From NCBI RefSeq assembly GCF_000181795.1, contig NW_003526941.1, forward strand, positions 8,303,057 to 8,323,056: 20,000 nucleotides of DNA, read 5' to 3'. The notes beneath the pieces are model-generated. The model was not told the origin of the DNA. It saw nothing but the letters and a program-made list of their open reading frames with translations, and did no database searches. Shown in pieces: positions 1-10,019 of this stretch. The DNA is from Trichinella spiralis (Eukaryota). Each line of letters begins with the position of its first letter. The stretch's first letter is position 1. The translations under genes were made by a program, and so were the position numbers.

Positions 1-660
1 TTTATTGCTAAAGTTGCTGTTTCTTTTCTCTAATTGAGCCGCTTGTCAATGCAGATTTCAAATCAAATATTATTTTGTTTGCATGTAATTTTTAATTTAA
101 ATTCTTAATTGATCGTGATTCACTATTTGTTTTGCATTTTGCATTTCTATTATTTGATCTGCTGCGCTTGGCGTACGGTGATTACATTGTTGATCTGATA
201 TGATCTTCACGCAGACTTCTTCAGTGTAGCTTCGACATTTCACCATATGATGAATTTGGCGTTATTTTGAATTTTGAATTTGAACTTTTAAGTAATTTTT
301 TTGCATTTAGTGAAACCTGGCCCTTCAAAGAGTTCAGCAAAACCTGGCCCTTCCAAGAGTTCAACAAGACCATCAACTAGCAGAGAGCATGTAAATAGCA
401 ACATCAATGGCATGCAGAATCTACAGTCACAGCAACAATGTGAAGAACCTAGTACTTCATCTGCGAATGCGAATGATCAAAATGACAACGGAGAATGAAC
501 AGGGAGAGTTTACTTTTTGTAGCTCCTCGTCGCCCAGTTTTGGGGAAATTGGGGAAAATTAAATTTGTCTGAAAGCGAAACCACTTCCAAGTGCGCATTC
601 CTACTGGCTCTTTGTAACATTATGAATTGGGTATGGACCCAGAGACATACCACAGGTTAT
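1..660 (+). repeat. Near-identical copy of 1980-2634 (Argonaute intron 1 plus exon 2), frameshifted near its end; probable unmerged contig overlap
   Basis: Read as identical to 1980 onward (offset 1979) up to about 493. Indels and substitutions then accumulate (ggagaatgaac vs ggagatgaac, tttttg vs ttttg, gggg vs ggg) up to the N gap. ORF 301-498 is a truncated twin of ORF 2280-2636. Confidence 0.95.
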
Positions 661-670
661 NNNNNNNNNN
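661..670. other. Assembly gap (10 N)
   Basis: Run of n in the sequence. Confidence 1.
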
Positions 671-842
671 AATGAATCATCATTTGAATCGGCGATTCAT
701 CCTAAGGCCATAACGCTCTCTCACGATACGTTGAGTGAAACAAACAAGGTTTTGGATTTTATCTTTACCGAATTAAAATGTTATCTATTTATTTATTCAG
801 ATTGGGCTTAGTTTCGATGAAACAATTTCTGAAAGCTCATGA
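671..842 (+). CDS. Possible last two exons of an upstream gene of unknown product (671-748, 801-842)
   Basis: Open frame NESSFESAIHPKAITLSHDTLSETNK, AAG|GT donor at 749, 52-nt AT-rich intron ending TTCAG at 800, then in-frame IGLSFDETISESS* (TGA 840-842). AATAAA at 1012-1017. No homology recognised. Confidence 0.4.
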
Positions 843-1498
843 CTGACTGAAATTTTGTTTGTCGTTTATTTTATTTTTTTTACCTGGGACGAACAAGCTC
901 GACAGTATACGTGTAATGATGTTGCAGCCGTTTTTATTTTGTTTTTAGTTAAGCGGAAGCTGATTTTCATGTATAGCTTTTTTGAACGCTTATTTAAAAA
1001 AATGTTTCTCAAATAAATTTATTTATTTGCATGGATAGTCCTGGACAAGTGCTTCGTGGTCAAAAGAAAGCAGTTTACAAACAACGTTGTACACACTTTT
1101 TTTCAATGAGCAGTGAATTGATAGACATATTTTAGTTGCTGATTAACTATACAATTTTAATTTTATAAAGATAAAACCAAAATTTTGCATGATGGATGAA
1201 AAGTAAAAGAAAATCAAGTTCGATTATATACGAATATGAAACGTTTTGTACACAGATTTGATAAGCAATTTATTAATGGATGTCTTTTTTATTAAAAAAA
1301 CTATTAAAATATATATTAAAAATGATTTCAGCATAAATGGACATGTTTGAGTGCTAAATTTGATTTGTTTTTTCTCAACAAGCATTATCTATCCTACAGT
1401 ATGAATTAACCGATACTATACATAATCAAATATAGATATAAAATATGTTATTGATTTGCATATTTTACTCAGGATATGAAATTAAGTTAAATTAAATC

Positions 1499-1553
1499 AT
1501 ATTATATTATATTATATTATATTATATTATATTATGATACTATATTATATTAT
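1499..1553. repeat. (ATATT)n microsatellite
   Basis: Perfect ATATT units at 1499-1535, degenerate to 1553. Confidence 0.9.
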
Positions 1554-1893
1554 TTCTTAGATTTGTTATTTTTGTCATGTCAGTTTTTTACTTTTATTTA
1601 ATATTATTTTATTATTTAGTTATATTCAGACCACAATTTTGTTTAAAGATGTGAAATTTTATTCATTATGTTTTTTTTCAATATAATGATTTCAAGTCGT
1701 TTTAGCAAATGACCGATTGACCTACATTTATTGCACCGTACTCACAATGGCATCATGAACTTGAACGTCTTAATTTTGTGTCTTTGTCTTTGTACAGAAA
1801 GTGAACGTTAGTCATTTCTTCAGGTTAGTCTTGCGCGATACGCTGATCTTGTTGCTGCTGTACGGGTAAAAGAGCTTTCATGAACAAGTAGTC

Positions 1894-4822
1894 ATGTACC
1901 ATCATACAAGGCAAGGTAAGCGCTGAATGAAACTGTGCTCATTTACTGCATTTGGTTCAATTGCATCTTATCAGACACGTTTATTGCTAAAGTTGCTGTT
2001 TCTTTTCTCTAATTGAGCCGCTTGTCAATGCAGATTTCAAATCAAATATTATTTTGTTTGCATGTAATTTTTAATTTAAATTCTTAATTGATCGTGATTC
2101 ACTATTTGTTTTGCATTTTGCATTTCTATTATTTGATCTGCTGCGCTTGGCGTACGGTGATTACATTGTTGATCTGATATGATCTTCACGCAGACTTCTT
2201 CAGTGTAGCTTCGACATTTCACCATATGATGAATTTGGCGTTATTTTGAATTTTGAATTTGAACTTTTAAGTAATTTTTTTGCATTTAGTGAAACCTGGC
2301 CCTTCAAAGAGTTCAGCAAAACCTGGCCCTTCCAAGAGTTCAACAAGACCATCAACTAGCAGAGAGCATGTAAATAGCAACATCAATGGCATGCAGAATC
2401 TACAGTCACAGCAACAATGTGAAGAACCTAGTACTTCATCTGCGAATGCGAATGATCAAAATGACAACGGAGATGAACAGGGAGAGTTTACTTTTGTAGC
2501 TCCTCGTCGCCCAAGTTTTGGGAAATTGGGAGATCAAATTTGTCTGAGAGCGAACCACTTCCAAGTGCGCATTCCTACTGGCTCTTTGTATCATTATGAA
2601 TTGGTTATTGAGCCAGAGAGATACCACAGGTTATGATTTATTAATTGAATAGCTTAAAATTTAATTAGAAGTTTTTTTTGACGTTATTCTGATATCATTT
2701 TTAATGTTTGATAAGTTGTTCTACATAATAGACAACTGAGAAGTTGTGATTTTAGTTTCAGAGATATAATCGAAACGATGATTCAAGCATATCAGAAGGT
2801 TTTCAGCAATGGCAGACCAGTTTATGATGGAAAGAGGAGTCTCTTTTGCAAAGAAATGCTTCCAATTGGCAGAGATTGGGTGGTTTTATTTTTTGAAACA
2901 TTAAAAATTCTTTACTGACAATTTAATTCCAGGTTCAACTGGATGTAACAATGCCAACGGAAAGAGAAGATCGGAGATATCAAGTTGGTATTAAGTTGAG
3001 TTCTCAGGTTTCTTTGAGCCGTTTGCAAGAAGCATTAGACGGCCGAATTCGTTTTCTTCCACAAGATACTGTCGCTGCTTTGGATGTAATTTTACGTCAT
3101 CTGCCAAGCTTGAAGTACAAAGATTTTTTACTTTTGCATTAAGTTGTTGTTATAAGATTTTGAGTTTAATTTTGTTTTAAGGTACACGCCAGTAGGTCGT
3201 TCGTTTTTTTCTCCTCCTGAAAGATTTTTTCATCCTCTTGGAGGTGGTCGTGAAGTGTGGTTCGGCTTCCATCAAAGCATTCGCCCATCGCAGTGGAAAA
3301 TGATGTTAAACATTGATGGTAACATTTGTATGTTTTTCGGTCTGTTGTTTGTTATCAAATTATTTCTAGTATCCGCAACTGCGTTTTATAAATCTATGCC
3401 TGTAGTCGACTTTCTTTCTGAGATACTCGATGCACCTCATATTCCTGAAAACAGAAGACCTTTGAGTGATGCACAGCGCATCAAATTTACCAAAGAAGTC
3501 AAAGGCATGGAAAGCGTATTTTGTTACTGAAAGTTTTTTTAATAATAATTCCAATTTATTTTTAGGATTGAAAGTTGAAATCACTCATTGTGGACAAATG
3601 AGACGCAGGTACAGAGTATGTAATGTCACTCGACGACCTGCTCAAACTCAGACGTATGTTGCTGCTTTTTTGATTAATATTATTTGTATTTCATACATCA
3701 TAAGCGAAAAACTGTATTGTTTCTAATTTAGGTTTCCTTTGCAAATAGAAAATGGTCAGACTGTTGAATGCACAGTTGCGAAATATTTTTATGACAGATA
3801 CTGCATAAGATTGAAGTATGAAAATGATGATTTTTTTTGTCTATGAAATCGATTGACAAACAATTGGAATGGACATTTGCAGGTATCCCCAATTGCCTTG
3901 TCTTCAAGTTGGACTGGAGCAAAAACACACTTATTTACCACTGGAAGTTTGTAACCTTGTTCCTGGTCAGCGTTGTATAAAAAAATTGACCGATACACAA
4001 ACATCGTCAATGATCAAAGCGACTGCTCGTAGTGCTCCTGATCGAGAGCAAGAAATAAATGAATTAGTATGTATATTATTTTTATTGTATTTTAGCTAGA
4101 AAAAACGTATTATTTGAGATGATAAAGGTTAATTTATGCATTTATTAATCTATTGTTTGTCATATGATTTATTATGCGGGTTTGAATGACGCTGATGTGT
4201 AATTAATTGTACAGGTCAAACGTGCGGATTTTAACAACGATCCGTTTGCACGCGAATTCGGTATTTCTATTAGTCCATTTATGGCAGAAGTGTACGGTAG
4301 AGTGTTGGTACCTCCAAAATTGCTTTACGGAGGGCGAGTAAGTAGTAATGAGTTTTTTTTCTGCAGAAATTTTTAACAATTCTTCTTTAGACTAGAGCAA
4401 CTGCATTGCCAGAGAAAGGTGTGTGGGACATGCGTGGGAAGCAGTTTCACACTGCCGTTGATATACGCAATTGGGCAATTGCTTGCTTCACACCACCTCA
4501 TATGTGTAGGGAAGACAATTTAAGGTTGGTGAAATCCTGTGATGCAGTATCTTCTTCTTCTTTTTCAATAGAATACATTTTGTGTTTGTTTTTTTTTAAT
4601 AGGACATTTATTCAACAACTGCAGAAAATTTCTCACGATGCTGGTATGTCGATTGTTGGTCAACCATGTTTTTGCAAATATGCAACCGGAGCGGATCAAG
4701 TGGAACCGATGTTCCGCTATTTGAAATCTCAGTATCCGCAACTGCAGTTGGTAATTGTTGTTTTACCTGGCAAAACTCCTGTATACGGTGAGCTGAAGTT
4801 GTGCTTTTTTTTATCTCTATTA

Positions 4823-4853
<31 letters not shown>

Positions 4854-6249
4854 AGCTGAAGTGAAGCGTGTTGGCGACACTCTTGTGGGTGTTGCATCTC
4901 AGTGTGTTCAAGCGAAGAATGTAAATAAAACGTCAACACAAACATTGTCTAATTTGTGTTTGAAGATAAACGTGAAATTAGGCGGCATTAACAATATTCT
5001 CTTGCCCAGTATAAGGTAAAATTTAAAGAGAAAGGAATTATTATTCATTTAATATTTATTTATTATTTAGACCAAAAGTTTTTAATGAGCCTGTCATCTT
5101 TATGGGTGCAGATATAACCCACCCACCTGCTGGTGATGGAAGCAAACCTTCTATTGCAGCGGTAGATGATGTTTTTTCTTTCCTATAATTGATTGATTCA
5201 TTGATTTTTTGTTGTTTTATTCAGGTGGTTGGCAGTATGGATGCACATCCTAGTCGATATAGTGCCTCAGTACGTATGCAGTATCCAAGACGGGTTCCTG
5301 ACGAGCGAACTGGGCGGATGAAAGATGAGAGACTGGAAAGAATTGAAGATCTTGCTTTAATGGTTAAAGAGCTACTGATTCAGTTTTATCAGTCAACAAG
5401 ATTTAAACCCACTCGAATCATTCTTTATCGCGACGGCATTTCTGAAGGCCAGTTTTATCAGGTGAGTAAAAAAGAAGAATTTAGTTTCTCATACCTTATT
5501 GATAATAATTGTTGGATTTTCAGGTTCTTCAACACGAATTGGGCGCGATGCGTGAAGCATGTATAATGCTAGAACGTGGCTATCAGCCTGGAATTACATA
5601 TGTTGCAGTGCAGAAACGCCATCACACGAGACTGTTTTGTGCTGAAAGAAGAGATATGGTATGGACTAAATTGAATACTTTGAAAATATTGGTATAAATC
5701 ATATATATATGTGTGTGTGTGTCTGTGTAATTTAGCAAGGAAAAAGTGGAAATATTCCCGCTGGTACTGCAGTAGATTCGGGAATTACACATCCTCAAGA
5801 GTTCGATTTTTATCTGTGCAGTCATGCTGGTATTCAAGGAACAAGTCGTCCAAGTTACTATCATGTATTATGGGATGATAATAACTTTACTGCTGATGAA
5901 ATGCAACAGCTCACATACCAGCTTTGTCATACTTATGTTCGATGCACGCGTTCCGTTTCCATTCCAGCTCCGGCTTACTATGCGCATCTTGTAGCATTTC
6001 GAGCACGATATCACTTGGTAGATAGTGATCGCGACAGGTTTGTGACTGTGAAAATAAATTTTCAGTGAAATTTTAAAGATGTATAATTTTATTTAATTTG
6101 AATTTTATAGTGCCGAAGGAAGTGTGAATTCTGCTGCTACTGAAAATGGTGAGAATGCTGAAGAAGGAACACCATCCTCATCATCGAGCAGTCTCTCTCG
6201 TGCAGTGATTATTCATCCGAACACTACTCGAGTCATGTATTTCGCTTGA
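1894..6249 (+). CDS. alg-1: Argonaute, miRNA-class AGO clade (ALG-1/ALG-2/AGO2-like), ~931 aa. Exons 1894-1915, 2290-2629, 2762-2879, 2933-3114, 3182-3318, 3370-3504, 3566-3653, 3732-3815, 3883-4066, 4215-4337, 4391-4524, 4603-4787, 4856-5015, 5071-5161, 5225-5461, 5524-5658, 5736-6037, 6111-6249
   Basis: Manual splicing gives 2796 nt in one frame. N domain: [17 protein letters not shown]1: [147 protein letters not shown]-terminus VMYFA*. Exon 1 ([13 protein letters not shown], phase-compatible) and the exon 3 acceptor are less certain. One-to-one orthology with alg-1 is not established. Confidence 0.97.
2292..2345 (+). repeat. 27-nt coding tandem duplication (KPGPSKSSA / KPGPSKSST) in the Argonaute N-terminal extension
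   Basis: aaacctggcccttcaaagagttcagca followed by aaacctggcccttccaagagttcaaca. Confidence 0.9.
3505..3565 (+). other. GC-AG intron in Argonaute
   Basis: AAAG|GCATGG...TTTAG|GATTG is the junction that restores conserved [16 protein letters not shown]. The nearest GT (3516) is in the wrong phase. Confidence 0.85.
4821..4852. repeat. Perfect 32-bp palindrome made of (TAA)n and (ATT)n in Argonaute intron 4788-4855
   Basis: taataataataataat followed by attattattattatta, its exact reverse complement. Confidence 0.95.
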
Positions 6250-6264
6250 ATATATTTACTACTC

Positions 6265-6372
6265 ATTTATTTATTTATTTATTTATTTACTTACATTTTA
6301 TAGTGATTAGCATTAGCGTTTATTTATACACACATATATATATATGTATATGTATATATATGTATTTATATG
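6265..6372. repeat. (TTTA)n and (TA/TG)n simple repeats in the Argonaute 3' UTR
   Basis: catttatttatttatttatttattta and acacatatatatatatgtatatgtatatatatg. Confidence 0.85.
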
Positions 6373-6753
6373 TCATTAACTGTTCTTTTGTAATTCAAAG
6401 CATCATCACCTGCGATTTTCTGATTAAGCTTCGAATAGAATTTTTCATTTTTTGGGGATGATGTTTTACCTGTTTTAGAATTAATCATAGCTTATAGTTA
6501 TTAGTATTGTATTAGTTTTGGTTAATATGTATTTAGCTTTTTGCATTCCTTTTCATTACTATTGGAATTGCTTTACTTTTGCCATACCTCAATGAAAGCG
6601 GGTTCTTGTGAAGAACAAGCTTGCTGTCTTCGCTTTCGTCAGTAATCAAAAAGTATGGAAATCATATTTATATATTATTTATATATTATGATTTATAATG
6701 CATACTTTTTCAGTAAAATTTAACAAAATATATACCGTTTGTTATAATATTTA

Positions 6754-6777
6754 GACGTGTAATTCACGTCGTGAATT
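6754..6777. promoter_or_regulatory. Nested inverted repeats with two ACGT-core GACGTG sites upstream of STT3A (candidate bZIP/UPR element)
   Basis: GACGTG-taatt-CACGTC (6754-6770) overlaps AATTCACG-t-CGTGAATT (6761-6777), about 135-155 nt before the ATG. Function is inferred. Confidence 0.35.
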
Positions 6778-6909
6778 GAATATTTTTTGTGACACAGTTG
6801 AAATATATTAATTGGCATTAGTATAATAATTTATTTTATTAATTAAAAAAATGTGTGTTTTAATGTTAAGCAGTATATTGTAGTTGTAAATTTGCATTTC
6901 TGTTCAACC

Positions 6910-9900
6910 ATGCTGAAGGTGTTTTCAAGGCTTGCATTGCAGCGTCAGGAGACGTTGCTGAAGATGACGGTTTTGGTTTTGGCAGCCGTATTATGTAAAT
7001 AAATCCGACTGATAAAAATGCAAATTGCTATTGTTGTGGTTGTTGTTTTCAGCTTTTTCCACGAGACTGTTTTCAGTTCTACGTTTCGAAAGTGTTATAC
7101 ACGAATTTGATCCATATTTCAACTATCGAACGACCAAATATTTGACCGAGGAAGGTTTTTACAAATTTCACAATTGGTTCGACGATCAGGCTTGGTATCC
7201 GCTTGGCAGAATCATCGGTGGAACAATTTATCCTGGTTTGAATTTTTTCTTCAATTTTCCTGCTTTATTTGTTCGTATATTTTTTGCCCATGCTTCAGGT
7301 TTGATGGTTACGTCGACGTTTATTTATCGAATTTTGCACTTTTTCAACATCACACTGCACATTCGTGAAATTTGCGTTTTCCTCGCTCCACTGTTCAGCA
7401 GTTTTACAACATTGATCACTTACCTGTTGACGTCAGAATTCAAAGTTCGACAAAGCGGCAAAAGCATTTTCAATTAATTAATTAATATTGGTCATTTTCT
7501 TCTGTTTTTCTTTTCACAGGGCGACGGTGCGGGTTTGATCGCTGCTGGCATGATTGCCATTATTCCGGGATACATTTCCAGATCTGTAGCTGGCTCTTAT
7601 GACAACGAAGGTATTGCCATATTTTGCATGCTGTTGACGTATTATTTTTGGATCAAAGCGGTCAAAACTGGAAGCATCTTTTGGTCGACACTCTGTGCAC
7701 TTGCTTATTTTTACATGGTACGTTTTATACGATGATGGTGGTGTGTTGTTTTCTTGAGAAGACATTTTCTGCTTTGCTTTTTGTTCACAGGTTTCATCTT
7801 GGGGTGGTTATGTGTTTCTGATCAACCTTATACCGTTGCATGTGTTGACACTGTTGTGCTGTTCAAGATTTTCGCATCGAATTTACATCGCCTATTCAGT
7901 GGTGAGATAAGTTTATTCTTTCTTTCCCCCCCCCCCCCCCACTTCCCTCTCTTAAGTTAACATTTTTTAAATTTATTTTCATTTCAGGTATATACTTTGG
8001 GTACAATTTTATCTATGCAAATCCCGTTTGTGGGATTTCAACCCGTTTCGACAAGTGAACATATGGCTGTGGGTGTTGCCTTTGGTTTGATTAATATATT
8101 GATGTGAGATTGATTGATGAATTTTTCCAGGCATTAGGTGTGTTTGGAATTGTACAAATTTACGCATTTTTCGCTTATTTACGTTCGAAATGCGCCGATA
8201 CGCAGTTCAATTATCTTTTCCGAACAATTATAACGTTCGTTGCAATAGCAGGCATTTCTGTAATTCTTCTCGCTGAATTTTTTGGAAGTATGCATCGTGT
8301 TTTATTTATTTCAAAATAATTTACATGCTAAACGACTACTTACTTTTCACTTGAAATGTTAAAGCAGCTCAGTTTTGTTTTCATATTTGTAGAAATTGCT
8401 CCGTGGACTGGACGATTTTACAGCTTGTTGGATCCGTCTTATGCAAAAAATCACATCCCAATTATTGCCAGTGTATCCGAACATCAGCCGACTACTTGGA
8501 GTTCATTCTATTTGGACACTCATATTTCTGTATTTTTATTTCCAGGTTTGATTAACATTGAAATCAACTGATCACTTGCTGATTGATGGATTGATCAACT
8601 ATTATTCATTTCAGCTGGCTTGTATTTTTGTTTCAAAAATTTAAACGACGCCAACATATTTATAATACTGTATGCAGTTACGAGCATCTACTTTTCGGTA
8701 ATATTTTCATTTTCTTTTTTGAAATTAATTTGACAATTTTGATTTTCAGGGTGTGATGGTTCGTTTGATGCTTGTATTAGCGCCGGTTATGTGCGTGATA
8801 TCCGGAATTGCTGCGTCGTCGATTTTTGAATCTTTTTTGAGAAACTTCAGTCATTCTGCATCCACCGGTTTGGAGAAAAAATCGAAAAAACACGAAAATG
8901 ATTATGCATGGAAAAATGAAGTAATGTTGTAATTTTTGTTGGCTTATGTGCAGTGCCTTGTATTCGATTCTTCCAACTGATGCAACTGTTGACCATTTCA
9001 GGTGGCTGGTACTGTAGTATTCATTTTGACACTATTTTTCATCAATTATACGTTTCATTGCACCACAATAACGGAAACTGCTTACAGTTCGCCTAGTATT
9101 GTTTTGTCCGCACGCAGTGGTCGTGGTAATACGATCATTTTTGACGATTTTAGAGAAGCTTACTATTGGCTTCGCATGAACACACCGCCGGTAAGTTTAT
9201 TTATTTTTTCTCATTACTGTTTGATTTATAAAAATTTTATTTATTGAAATTCTTTTCAGGATTCAAAAATCATGTCTTGGTGGGATTATGGCTATCAAAT
9301 TACGGCTATGGCTAATAGGACCGTCTTAGTGGACAATAACACCTGGAACAATACTCATATTTCAAGGGTTGGACAGGTAATAATTAATTATTATTGATAT
9401 TTTGTTGTTGTTGTTGTTGTTGATGTTTGAAATTTTACTTGTAGGCTATGTCTTCACCTGAAGATAAAGCTTACGAAATTATGCAAGAATTGGACGTTGA
9501 TTATGTATTGGTAATATTTGGTGGTTTGATAGGCTACGCGTCAGATGGTAATTTTTACATTTTTCTTTTTCTTTTTGATCTGATGTAGTATTTTGCTTTT
9601 TGATTCTATTCAGATATCAATAAATTTTTGTGGATGATAAGAATTGGCGGTTCCACGGAAAAAGGTAAACACATAAAAGAGGAAGATTATTATTCGGCTA
9701 CTGGCGAATATCGAGTGGATAAGGAAGGATCGAAGACGATGTTGAATTCCATGATGTACAAGTTTTCCTACTACAGATTTGGAGAGGTTTATACAGAGAT
9801 GGGTAGGGAAAAGAATTTCCTATTGTTATGTGTATTTTGAATTAGAATATTAAAATTTTACTTTTAGACAAACCGTCTGGTTACGATCGCGTTCGAGGAA

Positions 9901-10019
9901 GTGAAATTGGAAACAAGAAAATCCAATTCCAACATTTCGAAGAAGCGTTCACAACGGAACATTGGCTTGTAAGAATTTATCGCGTCAAAGCGCCAAACAA
10001 TCGTGGCATTTTAACATGA
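6910..10019 (+). CDS. STT3A: Oligosaccharyltransferase catalytic subunit, STT3A-type, 705 aa. Exons 6910-6994, 7053-7235, 7299-7444, 7520-7717, 7791-7901, 7988-8068, 8131-8287, 8393-8545, 8615-8697, 8750-8920, 9002-9190, 9260-9376, 9445-9547, 9614-9802, 9868-10019
   Basis: Spliced length 2118 nt in one frame. Motifs: [37 protein letters not shown] (9278-9292), [31 protein letters not shown]. The short N-terminus [24 protein letters not shown] and [14 protein letters not shown] resemble STT3A rather than STT3B. Confidence 0.97.
7926..7940. repeat. C15 homopolymer in an STT3 intron
   Basis: 15 consecutive C in intron 7902-7987. Confidence 0.95.

Noticed and set aside
301..498. 65-aa ORF as a separate micro-protein or truncated Argonaute
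   Set aside because: It starts at an intronic TTG, and its stop arises from a 1-nt insertion in the error-rich contig end.
2135..2240. Intronic miRNA or C/D snoRNA in Argonaute intron 1
   Set aside because: Only a short CTGCG/CGCAG pairing is visible. The ATGATGA near 2226 has no downstream CTGA within the intron.
5281..5331. Argonaute PIWI insertion as an unrecognised mini-intron
   Set aside because: It is GC- and purine-rich with no pyrimidine tract, unlike every other intron here, and reads in frame. Only RNA-seq can exclude it formally.
5698..6350. Complementarity between the intronic (AT)n(GT)n and the 3' UTR (AC)(AT)n
   Set aside because: Dinucleotide microsatellites are complementary by chance.
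6246..6461. 71-aa ORF after Argonaute, and similar short F/I/L-rich ORFs at 13592, 14206, 15238, 15951 and 16818
   Set aside because: Translations of low-complexity UTR or intergenic DNA.
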